The notes beneath the pieces are model-generated. The model saw only the letters and a list, made by a program, of their open reading frames with translations. It was not told the DNA's origin and did not search any database. Positions 26,938 to 37,295 of a stretch of 64,000 bases of DNA are shown here, in pieces; positions within the stretch are counted from its first letter, which is position 1, and every line of letters begins with the position of its first letter. The stretch is from the IMG/VR virus record IMGVR_UViG_3300028534_000023, positions 9,641-73,640 of that record; one strand, 5' to 3'. A program made the position numbers and the translations under genes. Source of the DNA: a virus. Taxonomy: Duplodnaviria; Caudoviricetes.

Positions 26938-29900
26938 TGGGAAGAAGTTCTACATTCTGCAATTCGTCTACTATCCCTATATCTCAGTTTATAGGAAGCA
27001 AGTACGACGATGTAAAAGAAGTTGCAGACAAGCTCGACATGCTAACAGAAATAGCAAATATTGATTATAATGCTTTATTAAGTGCTTTAGAAGAAGCTCA
27101 AGATTTTACAGGTATAGTTGTAGTTCCTACTACTACAGAATCTAGGTGGGATGCAGAAACAAAAACACTGTATGTAAAAACAGTTGAAGGTATACAAGGC
27201 GAGAAAGGTATACAAGGAGAGAGAGGAGAGAAAGGAGAAAGAGGAGAACGTGGGTTACAAGGATTACAAGGATTAAAGGGCGACACTGGTGACAAGGGTG
27301 ATAAAGGTGATAAAGGCGATGACGGGAAACCTGGAGTAAGTATCCATCACATAAAACCTGTAGGCACTACAGAACCTAATGGTCAGTTTACTACCCCTGG
27401 ATACGTAGATACTTATAATTTATTTGCAGATGCAGATGAGACTTTGGTTCTTGGAAGTTTTTCTGTAGCAAACCCTGACCTTTCAATAGCACCTGAAGTT
27501 ATGACTAAGAGTACATATGACTCTAACAGCAGTGGCGTTGTAGACAATGCAGAAAAACTTGACGGAAATACTGTAGATGATGTTATAAATGCAGTAGTAG
27601 AAAAAGTACCTACAAGCTACGCTGCATCTAACATTACGTTAGATACGTCAGAATTTGATGGAAACTTTGATAATAGCGTAACTGACGTACAGGCAGCTAT
27701 AAATTATTTAGATAATCTTATAACATCTGGTGGTAACGTGACTATAGAATCTGGTGATACTCCTCCAGTAACTGCTGAAGATGCTACGTTGTGGCTAAAC
27801 ACTAAAAACAATAGTGTGTATATTTACGTCAACGGTGTATGGGTAAATGCTACAACTAGTTTATCAGTAACTACAATATCTACTGTACTGTCAGTTATAT
27901 TAGACACTGCTCCTTTTTCTGCAACTTCTACCACACATGTAGACACTGTAAAAGTATGTGTAGTAAGAAATGAGAACTTGTTTACAGATATTACGTTAAA
28001 TGGAAACGTACTTACCTTCAACAAAGCTACTGAATATACAAACATGATTAAAAAAATAGTACCGTGTTATAGAAGTTCTGTATTACTGACTAATGATGGT
28101 ACAATCATGGAAGCAGGGTATGATGTCTCTTCGAATGTGTTTGTACCTGTAAATGTAAATGGCTTCGTGCGTGATATTTTCTATGGACATGAGGCTGTAT
28201 GGTTATTGATGTACGACGGAAGTGTAATGTACAAAGGACTGAACACATCGTACACTGCAGGTCTTGGACATTCATCAGAAGTTGCTTCTTTTACAAAAGT
28301 TCCTTATATAGAAAACATTAAAAAAATAGCTAGTACTAGAGATTTTTCTGTAGCACTCACTGAAAGTGGTAACGTATTTGTTGTAGGAGATGCTGAAAAA
28401 AACAGTACGTACCTTCTTAATGGAGATAGTTCTATTACAAGTAGATTTACATATGTAGACAATTTAGGACATACAGTCATTGATATAGCTGTATCTAGTA
28501 TGTCTACGTTTATTTTAACATCTAGTAATGAAGTATACGGGATAGGTCTTGCTTACGGTCTTTACGAAAATCTTACCGACGCGTACAATCTAGGGTTAGT
28601 AAATAACATGGCAGTGTCTAACAAACTTGTAAAAGCTGTAGGAATACCTAACGGAGACATAGTAAGCATACATGGTCCATCATATGTAGGCTCTGTAAGT
28701 ATAGCGTGCATTGACAGCAGTAATATTATATACGGTAATAAAGAAGACAGCTCGTATAACGAGCTAGGTGGACTAAAAGATACAAGCACGCATGGATTTT
28801 CTAACTTGCATATAACAGGCACTGACATAGTTATAGGGTACTATTGTTCGTTTTATATAGATTTAGATGGTATTGTATGGGCTAGTGGTCTGGATTATGG
28901 AGGTCAGTTAGGTACTTCTGGTAGTGTTACTGAATATACAAATACTGGTATAAGTAATGTTTCTTATATCTCAAGTATTCAGTACAACTCGTTTATGGTA
29001 TTAAATACCGATACCTTTTTATGTGTAGGAGACAACTCATCAGGCGAACTCGGTATAGCAAGTGATGACTCATCTACAAATGAATGGTCTCAGTATTCTG
29101 TAGATATTGCTAACTCGTCAGGGTATATAGCATGCACTGACGTTATTAAAGTAGATATGGGTGTAGACTTTGAAGTATCTACAGTATCTGGTGACACTGC
29201 AGGTATAGATGAAGTGCGTATATTAGGATACGTAGTTACAGATGACAATATACATACTGTAGATACTACAGACTACTTAAAAATTGACGGTAGTAGAAAT
29301 CTTGACAGTAGCTATACTCCAGTAGACGATTATTCAGTTGCTACAAAACTGTACGTAGATTCTATTAGCAAAGTAATAGAAGTGTCAAATGTAACTGATT
29401 TAGACTCTATTGATGGCAATATTGTACACTCTGTATGTGTAACATCTTCAACATTAGGTGGCATATACGTATATGATCCATACTATACTGGAACAGCTTA
29501 TAGTTATAATGGGTGGGTACGGCAAAGTAACTCTGGAAACAAACCTGCAGTAGACGTTTATGTTGATACAACAAATTTTGGAGGAGAAGTTTTAAGTAGT
29601 GAAGATACAAATCTACAACTAGCGTTAAACACGCTAGACAAACTTGTAAACACTGGAGGGTCGGTAGAAGTAGTAAAACAAGATTACCCACCAGCGTCGT
29701 TAAAAGAAGGTAGTATATGGTATGATACTAAAAATAACATGATATTTTTCAGTATAAATGGTTCTTGGGTAAATGCTAGCAAGACAGTAAAAGTACCTTT
29801 TTATAACAATATTCTAACTACTATATTAGAAAACAGTACTGAATATCCTTTGAGTATCAAAAGTGACACTGCTGTTGGAGCTGTCAGATTACTTGTAAGA

Positions 29901-31310
29901 CGTACAGAAGATAAGTTTACAGATATAACCATAAATGGCAGTTTGGTAGAGTTTAAAACGTCTGAGCAGGATATTCCAAGCATAGTAAATATAGCATCAG
30001 GCAATAAAGAAACTGTTATATTACTAAATGACGGAACTGTGTTTACGTCTGGAGATTTTTCAGACAGTGCAGTATTCGTTCAAGATACTACCGTTACTGA
30101 CTTTATAACTGATTTGTTTGACGGTGTAAGAGGTGTATGGATAAAGAAAGTAGATGGAACTGTTTTATATAGAGGTGCAAATTATAATTTTACTGCAGGG
30201 CTTGGTCATAGAAGCACTGTTTATCAGTGGACAGAAATACCGTACTTGAAAAACGTAAAAAAGATAGTAAGTACTACAAACTTCTCTGTAGCATTAACTG
30301 ATTTAGGGTTTGTACACACTGTAGGATATGTAGTATCTGCAGACAGCTATCTACCTAACGGTACTACTGCGACAACAGATAAATTTACTTTAGTTGACGG
30401 CATAGATAACGTAATAGATATAGCAGTATCTTCTACTTCAACATTCATGCTAAAAGCAGACGGAAGTGTGTACGGCGTAGGTAAGGCTTATGGTTTGTTT
30501 GAATCTATATCAGATGCACATCAAAGTGGTTTAGTTAACGATTATTCAGCTGTGCTAAAACCTACTAAAGCTGTAGGACTTCCTAACGACATAGTTAAGA
30601 TATTCGGAGGTTCAAGTTCTTCAGAATCAATAGTATGTGTTTCAGCTGACGGAAGTATGTACTGTAACTATGAGAATACTACGTATAACGATATAGGTGG
30701 TTTGAAAGATTTATCTACTGATGCTTTTACTTACTTAGGTATTAAAGGAAAATATTTTACTACTGGGTATCACTGTTCGTTCTACATAGACGTTGACGGC
30801 AACTCGTTTGCAAGTGGTTATAACTACGGAAATCAATTAGGGCTTTCATCTAGTGTAGACTCGTATACTGAAATAGATGTACCTACAGGTGTATCTAAAA
30901 TAGTTACAGCCTATAATCAATCATTGTGTATAACAGATACAGATATTATAGGAGTAGGCGAAAATAGTGTAGGTGAGTTAGGTGTTGATGATACAACTGA
31001 TAAAGATACATGGGCAACTGCTACCATAAGTATAGACTCTAACTTTAACGGATTTAGGGCTTTATCAGAATATATTCCGTTAAACAACATTACTGACATA
31101 TTTATAGATGTGATAGGTAGTAATAGTATTGATAGTATATACGTGTCTTTGTATAACATTACAGAAGAATATGTTTTTATGGAAGATACTACTTCGTACC
31201 TATACTCTAACGGCTCTGTTCTTCTTGACGAGGATTATACACCGTTTACTGAAAGAAGTATAGCAACTAAAAAATACGCAGATGATTTAGTATCTGTTGT
31301 AGAGTGGTAA
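26937..31310 (+). CDS. Tail fibre / receptor-binding protein with collagen-like stalk and two RCC1-like beta-propeller modules
   Basis: GXY repeats; repeated FSVALT..G.V, IAVS..STF.L...G.VYG.G and V.CVG.N..GELG RCC1-like blades; internal duplication. Confidence 0.85.
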   Translation: MGRSSTFCNSSTIPISQFIGSKYDDVKEVADKLDMLTEIANIDYNALLSALEEAQDFTGIVVVPTTTESRWDAETKTLYVKTVEGIQGEKGIQGERGEKGERGERGLQGLQGLKGDTGDKGDKGDKGDDGKPGVSIHHIKPVGTTEPNGQFTTPGYVDTYNLFADADETLVLGSFSVANPDLSIAPEVMTKSTYDSNSSGVVDNAEKLDGNTVDDVINAVVEKVPTSYAASNITLDTSEFDGNFDNSVTDVQAAINYLDNLITSGGNVTIESGDTPPVTAEDATLWLNTKNNSVYIYVNGVWVNATTSLSVTTISTVLSVILDTAPFSATSTTHVDTVKVCVVRNENLFTDITLNGNVLTFNKATEYTNMIKKIVPCYRSSVLLTNDGTIMEAGYDVSSNVFVPVNVNGFVRDIFYGHEAVWLLMYDGSVMYKGLNTSYTAGLGHSSEVASFTKVPYIENIKKIASTRDFSVALTESGNVFVVGDAEKNSTYLLNGDSSITSRFTYVDNLGHTVIDIAVSSMSTFILTSSNEVYGIGLAYGLYENLTDAYNLGLVNNMAVSNKLVKAVGIPNGDIVSIHGPSYVGSVSIACIDSSNIIYGNKEDSSYNELGGLKDTSTHGFSNLHITGTDIVIGYYCSFYIDLDGIVWASGLDYGGQLGTSGSVTEYTNTGISNVSYISSIQYNSFMVLNTDTFLCVGDNSSGELGIASDDSSTNEWSQYSVDIANSSGYIACTDVIKVDMGVDFEVSTVSGDTAGIDEVRILGYVVTDDNIHTVDTTDYLKIDGSRNLDSSYTPVDDYSVATKLYVDSISKVIEVSNVTDLDSIDGNIVHSVCVTSSTLGGIYVYDPYYTGTAYSYNGWVRQSNSGNKPAVDVYVDTTNFGGEVLSSEDTNLQLALNTLDKLVNTGGSVEVVKQDYPPASLKEGSIWYDTKNNMIFFSINGSWVNASKTVKVPFYNNILTTILENSTEYPLSIKSDTAVGAVRLLVRRTEDKFTDITINGSLVEFKTSEQDIPSIVNIASGNKETVILLNDGTVFTSGDFSDSAVFVQDTTVTDFITDLFDGVRGVWIKKVDGTVLYRGANYNFTAGLGHRSTVYQWTEIPYLKNVKKIVSTTNFSVALTDLGFVHTVGYVVSADSYLPNGTTATTDKFTLVDGIDNVIDIAVSSTSTFMLKADGSVYGVGKAYGLFESISDAHQSGLVNDYSAVLKPTKAVGLPNDIVKIFGGSSSSESIVCVSADGSMYCNYENTTYNDIGGLKDLSTDAFTYLGIKGKYFTTGYHCSFYIDVDGNSFASGYNYGNQLGLSSSVDSYTEIDVPTGVSKIVTAYNQSLCITDTDIIGVGENSVGELGVDDTTDKDTWATATISIDSNFNGFRALSEYIPLNNITDIFIDVIGSNSIDSIYVSLYNITEEYVFMEDTTSYLYSNGSVLLDEDYTPFTERSIATKKYADDLVSVVEW
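27189..27335 (+). repeat. Collagen-like Gly-X-Y repeat (about 16 triplets)
   Basis: GIQGEKGIQGERGEKGERGERGLQGLQGLKGDTGDKGDKGDKGDDGKPG. Confidence 0.95.
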
Positions 31311-31334
31311 TTAACACTATATTGGAGAATATAA

Positions 31335-34300
31335 ATGAGTATTATTAGAAAACAAGACACTGACGGAGAAAAAACAAGTAATTTAGGTGTAGGCGAGTTT
31401 GGGTTTGATGCAAACACGGACAGTTACGATAAAAATAGAGTATATATAGGTACGTTAGAGGCTAATGATGTAAAGCTAGCTACTTTATCTGACGCTATTG
31501 CACATAACCGTGACAGTATAAACAATACTATTGCTTATGGTATGGTAGCTGCAGAAAAATCGAAAAACAACTACTTTATAGATGTAAACGATGGAGGTAT
31601 CTGTACAGTCGACCCTGCATCGAGTAAGTTTTTTGAACTCGACAGCAATGGAAATATGTTAGGAGAGTGCATACATATACTCGGCACTGATGGTGACGAA
31701 CTCAATACATTTTCATGTGAATCTGGTTTAGGTGTAATAACATTAAGAAATACAGAAGTTGATGATACATCAGTGTACGGTTTAAAACTTAACAGTGTTT
31801 CCAACGTAGGAGTTGTGTCAAACATTAACGATAATTATCCAACAGAATGTACTAGACAAGGTGATATGTTAATTATAGATGATGTAGATGTAGAGTTATC
31901 TCCAGACCCCGATTTTGACAATGGGATATATACTTGGAGCACATCTACTCCAGTTACATCTGTCAATTACGACAGTGATAACAAAATGCTTGTCGTACGT
32001 TCTGATGGAGAAGATAGTACGTATTTCCCTGCTATAGCAGTACTACAGTCACTTTCAGGTGACATGCCAGGTAAGTACGAAATAACTGTATCATACAATA
32101 GTGGAGACGCTGGTGGTATAAAAATATATTGTGGAGATAGCGATGTTATCGTAGATACTGACAACGACAACGAAGAGGCTACTGTAACAAAGGTAGTAAG
32201 TTCTGCTTCTGTATACCTAGAATTTAAAACAGTAGGTAATACTGACAAGTATGCAGAAATATCATACATGTCTATAAAACGCGTAGAACCTTTATTCTTG
32301 ATACGTAACACATCAGACACATCTTCTAGTATTTTATCAAATTACTCTCCTGACACTTTAAACTACAGTCCTAAAATATTCACAGAAACAAAGAATGCAG
32401 TTAGAGAAGATTTTGTATTTTTAGAAATTTTTGAAGAGGATGTAATCGACAAAGATTTTGTACACGTGTTTGGGAACGTTTCTTTTGAAGGTAGTTATTG
32501 TGGTAGTTTTCCAACTCTTGAAACACCTACATTCGATGGCTATGATACATACTCGTTGCCTAGTGTTAATGCTGACACCAATGTAATAGGAAAAGGCGTA
32601 CGTTGGAGTTCTATCAGTGATGACGATAGATTACGAATTGTGTCAGACAAAAGAAATAACATTACAATTTCAGATAACGGTAGATACATACAAACTAAAT
32701 TTAGGCTTCGTACTGTATCAGGTAACGGAAGTTCATGGAGTAACGTAGAGTATAGCACTGGTACGAACCTGTCTTACAACTATGCGTATGGGTATAACGG
32801 ACGTATAATGTCTCAAGGCTCTAAAACTACACCGTACTATGAAGCAGATCTGTACGGTGTCGATACCGGTAGTTATAGTATACATTCAAGTAATAGTAAA
32901 TTGTTAGGGTCTTTTTCTCCTAAATACGGTACTGAAATAGATACAGTAGCTGTTCCTATAGCTCTAGTTCAACGCAGAAATATAGGTGTGTATCATGTAA
33001 AATACAATCCACATGGCACTGCAAAGTATTGCTACATAAATGATGATGGTACATTTTCAATGATAGAATGGTATGAACTAGGCTCAAACTCGTATCCTGA
33101 AAACTCGTTGAACAATATAAGTAAATCTGCTATGTTTAGCCCTGACCATATTTCTTGTATAAATGACGATGGGTCTGTAATAGGAAATCTAAATAGTAAT
33201 GACAGTAGTTTAACAAGAACTGGTAGTGTTAAATCTACAGTGTGTGGAAGACCTGACGGTATGTTTTACGACGGTGTGTATGATTGTGATATTACAGACC
33301 TAAGAAAGTATGCTACAGATATAGACTTTGAACGTGTAATGGATGATTATCATACAAAGGTAAGAAATGGCAGTGTAAGAGGTAAAGAAAAAGCAATAGT
33401 AGTAAACGACTATACAAGTATAGATTCTATAAATGAACGATATACAGATGCTTATGGAAGACTAAACACTGGTACGTACACTGAAAGTGATTATACGTAC
33501 AATAATTACGGAACTGCGTGTAGTATTTTAGGCGATCCTAGAAAACTTTCAGACAGAGTATCTATAGTTACAGTATCTGGCGATGGTCTATCATATGATG
33601 TATTTAAAGGCATGTATATCAAAGCTGATGAAGAATACTATAGAAGTTTGTCAGACAGAGGATTAATAACAGTTGACCCTGACACAGAAGATTACACAGA
33701 TATAACTAACTGGATTTCTTTAGGCTCTGATGGTACTATTGGGTCTATGCCTATAAACCTTTCTAATGGTACTGAGTGTATGTATGACTTTATACTTGAT
33801 GATGTAAATAAATCATATAACGGGTTTTCTACCAAAGTATCTGGACATGCTTCTTATAGAGGGTATTTTAAAGTATGTAAAAAAATATACAATAACATAA
33901 CTGCATACTATCAAGTAGTATACGAAGTTTTAGCCATACTCCCTGACGGAGAAGTACGAAAACTGACATTTGATGCAAATTACGGCAATGCTATTACAGG
34001 TGACTACGACATTTACTGGACCAGAAATTATGATAACAGCATATCATTCGGAATAAGTGGTGTAGACGAAAAAGATTGGGATCTTATAAAAATACTGGTA
34101 TTTTATAAGACTAAAGTATCTACAGCTATACCTACAAAAAATTCTAAAGTTATATCATACAGCAATATTGCGATGACAGAATGTTCATCGTTTAAAGATT
34201 CTTTCCCAAGAAATAATATAGTATACCCTCTATTAGGCAAGGTAAATACCTCAACTATAAACGGAAATTATGGAATAGCTTTGTATAATCTAGGTTTTGA

Positions 34301-34613
34301 TGCCAATAGAATTATTGACCCTACATACGGAATACCTTTTACAAATACGTTTTTTTCTTACATGGTAAATTTCAATCTTCTTGAAAATGCTTCTAGCCCT
34401 ACTTTGAAATACATACACTATCTATCTGAAAATAACGGCGTGCTACAACTTGTTTTATTGTTCAAAGAACTTGCTTTTACTAACGGTAGTTGGGGAGAGG
34501 ATGTTCTAATACCTGTTACTGATTATGTGGATTTAATAGCAGATACTAATGGTACTTATGTGATGTTTGGTCAAAAATCTATAGAACTTCCATACTATTT
34601 TAAAGGAGATTAA
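31335..34613 (+). CDS. Tail/virion protein
   Basis: N-terminal LGVGEFGFD...RVYIG tail-fibre motif; beta-rich; GRPDGMFYD..Y..DITDLR segment. Confidence 0.75.
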   Translation: MSIIRKQDTDGEKTSNLGVGEFGFDANTDSYDKNRVYIGTLEANDVKLATLSDAIAHNRDSINNTIAYGMVAAEKSKNNYFIDVNDGGICTVDPASSKFFELDSNGNMLGECIHILGTDGDELNTFSCESGLGVITLRNTEVDDTSVYGLKLNSVSNVGVVSNINDNYPTECTRQGDMLIIDDVDVELSPDPDFDNGIYTWSTSTPVTSVNYDSDNKMLVVRSDGEDSTYFPAIAVLQSLSGDMPGKYEITVSYNSGDAGGIKIYCGDSDVIVDTDNDNEEATVTKVVSSASVYLEFKTVGNTDKYAEISYMSIKRVEPLFLIRNTSDTSSSILSNYSPDTLNYSPKIFTETKNAVREDFVFLEIFEEDVIDKDFVHVFGNVSFEGSYCGSFPTLETPTFDGYDTYSLPSVNADTNVIGKGVRWSSISDDDRLRIVSDKRNNITISDNGRYIQTKFRLRTVSGNGSSWSNVEYSTGTNLSYNYAYGYNGRIMSQGSKTTPYYEADLYGVDTGSYSIHSSNSKLLGSFSPKYGTEIDTVAVPIALVQRRNIGVYHVKYNPHGTAKYCYINDDGTFSMIEWYELGSNSYPENSLNNISKSAMFSPDHISCINDDGSVIGNLNSNDSSLTRTGSVKSTVCGRPDGMFYDGVYDCDITDLRKYATDIDFERVMDDYHTKVRNGSVRGKEKAIVVNDYTSIDSINERYTDAYGRLNTGTYTESDYTYNNYGTACSILGDPRKLSDRVSIVTVSGDGLSYDVFKGMYIKADEEYYRSLSDRGLITVDPDTEDYTDITNWISLGSDGTIGSMPINLSNGTECMYDFILDDVNKSYNGFSTKVSGHASYRGYFKVCKKIYNNITAYYQVVYEVLAILPDGEVRKLTFDANYGNAITGDYDIYWTRNYDNSISFGISGVDEKDWDLIKILVFYKTKVSTAIPTKNSKVISYSNIAMTECSSFKDSFPRNNIVYPLLGKVNTSTINGNYGIALYNLGFDANRIIDPTYGIPFTNTFFSYMVNFNLLENASSPTLKYIHYLSENNGVLQLVLLFKELAFTNGSWGEDVLIPVTDYVDLIADTNGTYVMFGQKSIELPYYFKGD

Positions 34614-34614
34614 A

Positions 34615-35562
34615 TTGAACAAGTATGAACATTTGCGAGATATGGCGTATGAAACTTTAGTAAATATGCCAACAACAAAAAACTTTTCTGCTACACTGCA
34701 TGTGTCTGTAGATTACATAAAAAACAAACTTATTGCAAAAAATGTACGCTCTTTATCTACTTTTTACGACGTAAACTATTCAGTAGATCAAGTTACAGAT
34801 ATAAAAGATAGAACAGGGGCTACAATATTTACAACAACTACTAAATTACCTTGTATAGAATACTCTGTAAATTCCGAAGGCAGCAAAGTGTATGATAAGT
34901 ATTCGTTTACTATTGATGGTACAGAGTATGTATGTGATAGTCATTCAAATAAATTAGATGACACTGTTATGGATTTAATAAACACTGATAGAGTTGTTGT
35001 ACGCATGTCCAAAAATAGTTTTATAACAGAGAAGATAAGTTCAGTACGTGTAAATTACGTAGATTTTGCTGATGATACTCTTATAGATGTGTTACTTAAT
35101 ACAGTAATACCAGCAATGGCTGATGAAAGTACTGACAAAGCATTAGCATACATAGCCAGCAAGCCTAAGGTATCAGAGCAGCAAAGGTATAGATATACAG
35201 TAAAAGCCAAAATAGCAGAAAAAGCAATATCAGGAGATAAGCAGTGTTATTCTATGTTAGACCTAGAAGCCAAAATAAAAGAAATAGATACAGATGTGTA
35301 TATAAACGACATAATCAAAATGTCGTCAATATGGAGTACTACTGCAGATGAGTTGGTAGTAAAAATAGAAGCAGTGCGTACAGCAGTGTGTGAACTTTTA
35401 AAGTACGATAGCGCAAAATCGCAAGATGCAGCATATGTTACAAACGTAGGTAAACGTGTGCATAAAGCAATAAATATAATATCTTTGGGATCGAATTTAA
35501 CAGCATACTCGTCTGTTGACAGTATACTTAAATTGTTCGATAACGACTATAACATACAATAA
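34615..35562 (+). CDS. Putative tail-fibre assembly chaperone
   Basis: Follows the tail genes; C-terminal ..LEAKIKE..IIKMSSIW....VKIEAVR pattern; TTG start with AAGGAG RBS. Confidence 0.55.
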   Translation: MNKYEHLRDMAYETLVNMPTTKNFSATLHVSVDYIKNKLIAKNVRSLSTFYDVNYSVDQVTDIKDRTGATIFTTTTKLPCIEYSVNSEGSKVYDKYSFTIDGTEYVCDSHSNKLDDTVMDLINTDRVVVRMSKNSFITEKISSVRVNYVDFADDTLIDVLLNTVIPAMADESTDKALAYIASKPKVSEQQRYRYTVKAKIAEKAISGDKQCYSMLDLEAKIKEIDTDVYINDIIKMSSIWSTTADELVVKIEAVRTAVCELLKYDSAKSQDAAYVTNVGKRVHKAINIISLGSNLTAYSSVDSILKLFDNDYNIQ

Positions 35563-35578
35563 TAGAGGAATTTAGCGT

Positions 35579-35917
35579 ATGAGCAGTAAGAAATTTTCAG
35601 ACCTCAGTTTAGAATAAAGAAACAACATATGTAACGGATGTGGTGGAAAAGGGTCAATTATAAATGTGCCAGATTTCTTGTTCAAAGTAAGTTGCGATCA
35701 TCACGATTATTTGTACTACGTAGGTGGTACTTAAAAAGATAGAGCAGTGGCAGATAAAAAGTTTTTAAGATACATGCTTGAAGACGCTAGTAGTAGTATA
35801 TGCACTATAGATGTAATATATTATAAAATTTGGGAGTATTCTTACTATTATGCAGTTAGGTTGTTTGGTAAAAAGTATTTTAACTATAAACAATTTACAT
35901 TAAGTACTGTATTATGA
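35579..35917 (+). pseudogene. Phospholipase A2-like gene with two in-frame TAA codons
   Basis: MSSKKFSDLSLE*RNNICNGCGGKG...CDHHDYLYYVGGT*KDRAVADKKF...YYYAVRLFG; TAA at 35615 and 35732; AGAGGA RBS. Confidence 0.75.
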
Positions 35918-35923
35918 TATAAT
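35915..35923 (+). promoter_or_regulatory. Extended -10 promoter TGATATAAT
   Basis: Upstream of the lysis genes. Confidence 0.6.
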
Positions 35924-35971
35924 CACAGCATTTAATATATTATTTAGGCTACTAAAAAGGAAATTTTGTTT

Positions 35972-36367
35972 ATGGTAGAAAGTTGGATGGTAAGTGCAAT
36001 AATTGCAATCACTGGTGTTATAGCTACATACGCTACAACAAGAACGACATTAAGTAAGCAAGTAGAGGATTTTAAAGATCATCTAAAAGACGATAGTACA
36101 TATCACAGAGACATGGACCAAAAGTTGAATGCACAATTTAAACGTATAGATGATCTTACAAATAGATGTACAGTACTTGAACAAGAAAATAAAGCATTGC
36201 TTGACCTTGCTACAGCTGAAGCAAAGTTTGTTTCAAGAAAGGAATTTGACCTTCATTTAAAAACTATAGAGTATGTATCTAAAAATACACAGAAATCGGT
36301 AGAAAGGGTGGAGGGAAAGTTAGAGGACATAGCAGACGCTATAAACACATTAAGCAACAAGAGGTAA
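35972..36367 (+). CDS. Single-TM coiled-coil lysis-module protein
   Basis: N-terminal hydrophobic helix followed by a coiled coil; sits in the lysis cassette. Confidence 0.65.
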   Translation: MVESWMVSAIIAITGVIATYATTRTTLSKQVEDFKDHLKDDSTYHRDMDQKLNAQFKRIDDLTNRCTVLEQENKALLDLATAEAKFVSRKEFDLHLKTIEYVSKNTQKSVERVEGKLEDIADAINTLSNKR

Positions 36368-36370
36368 AAA

Positions 36371-36760
36371 ATGTTTGGATCATTATTTAAAATTTTTTCA
36401 GGAAGTGCGTTAAACTCTATAGAAAATATTGCTAAAGAGTGGATAGAAACAGACACTGAAAAAGCAGAAGCAGGTAAAATCGATGCAGAGGCTAAATCGC
36501 TTTTTATAAAAACGTTAGATCCTAACGGTCTTATGAGACGTGAACTGTCTAGGTTTGCAAGCAAAATGTATGGAGTATATTTGATTACTACTTTATCGTT
36601 ACTTATAGTTGTATATTTTGGGTACGGTGATAGTAACGCTGCACAACTTGTTACTGACAAAATAACAAAGTTGTTCATGCCTATAACAACTGCATGGGGT
36701 GCTATAGTATCTGCATCTTTTGGAGTAAATGCAGCAAACACTATAAAAGGAATTAAATGA
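36371..36760 (+). CDS. Putative holin
   Basis: Hydrophobic segments YLITTLSLLIVVYFG and AWGAIVSASFGV; directly upstream of the endolysin. Confidence 0.7.
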   Translation: MFGSLFKIFSGSALNSIENIAKEWIETDTEKAEAGKIDAEAKSLFIKTLDPNGLMRRELSRFASKMYGVYLITTLSLLIVVYFGYGDSNAAQLVTDKITKLFMPITTAWGAIVSASFGVNAANTIKGIK

Positions 36761-36840
36761 TTAAGAATCTTGTATATACTTATGTAATATGTTACACTAC
36801 ATATTTAAAAGACACTATATAAAATACAATAGGAGATTTA

Positions 36841-37263
36841 ATGAAAAATTATTTTGAAAAAGAGTTGCAAGATAAACGACTCAGTTGTCCTTGTGGTTGT
36901 GGTGCAAAGGTATCTGATGAGCTACTAGAAAAACTAAACAAGTTACGTAACCTGTATGGAAAACCTGTATACATAGTTCAAGGTGCTACTTGTAAAGATT
37001 ATAGTGTTAATCATGTAGGAAGAAAACCTACCAGTACTCATATCAGTACAGAAGAAGAGAATGCCGTTGGTGTAGATATATCGAGTAAGACATTTGACTC
37101 CAAAGAAGATTACTTTAAATTCATAGCATGTGCTGTACAAGTAGGGTTTACAGGGTTTGGTCAAGGGTCTAAATGGGTAGGAGCAGGTAGTGATACTAGA
37201 TTACATTTAGATATTAAAAGAAGTAATGCAGGTGATTTTAGAAGCTGGTGCTATGGCTGTTAA
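36841..37263 (+). CDS. Peptidase M15A-type endolysin
   Basis: CPCGCG, LEKLNKLR...GKPV, STH...AVGVDI, GFTGFG, LHLDI zinc-peptidase motifs. Confidence 0.88.
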   Translation: MKNYFEKELQDKRLSCPCGCGAKVSDELLEKLNKLRNLYGKPVYIVQGATCKDYSVNHVGRKPTSTHISTEEENAVGVDISSKTFDSKEDYFKFIACAVQVGFTGFGQGSKWVGAGSDTRLHLDIKRSNAGDFRSWCYGC

Positions 37264-37295
37264 ACCTGTACTAATACTGATGTGAGTGGTTTACC

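Noticed and set aside
27189-27335. Short DNA tandem repeats (ggtgataaa, ggagagaaa) as a VNTR or contingency locus
   Set aside because: They are fully explained by collagen Gly-X-Y coding.
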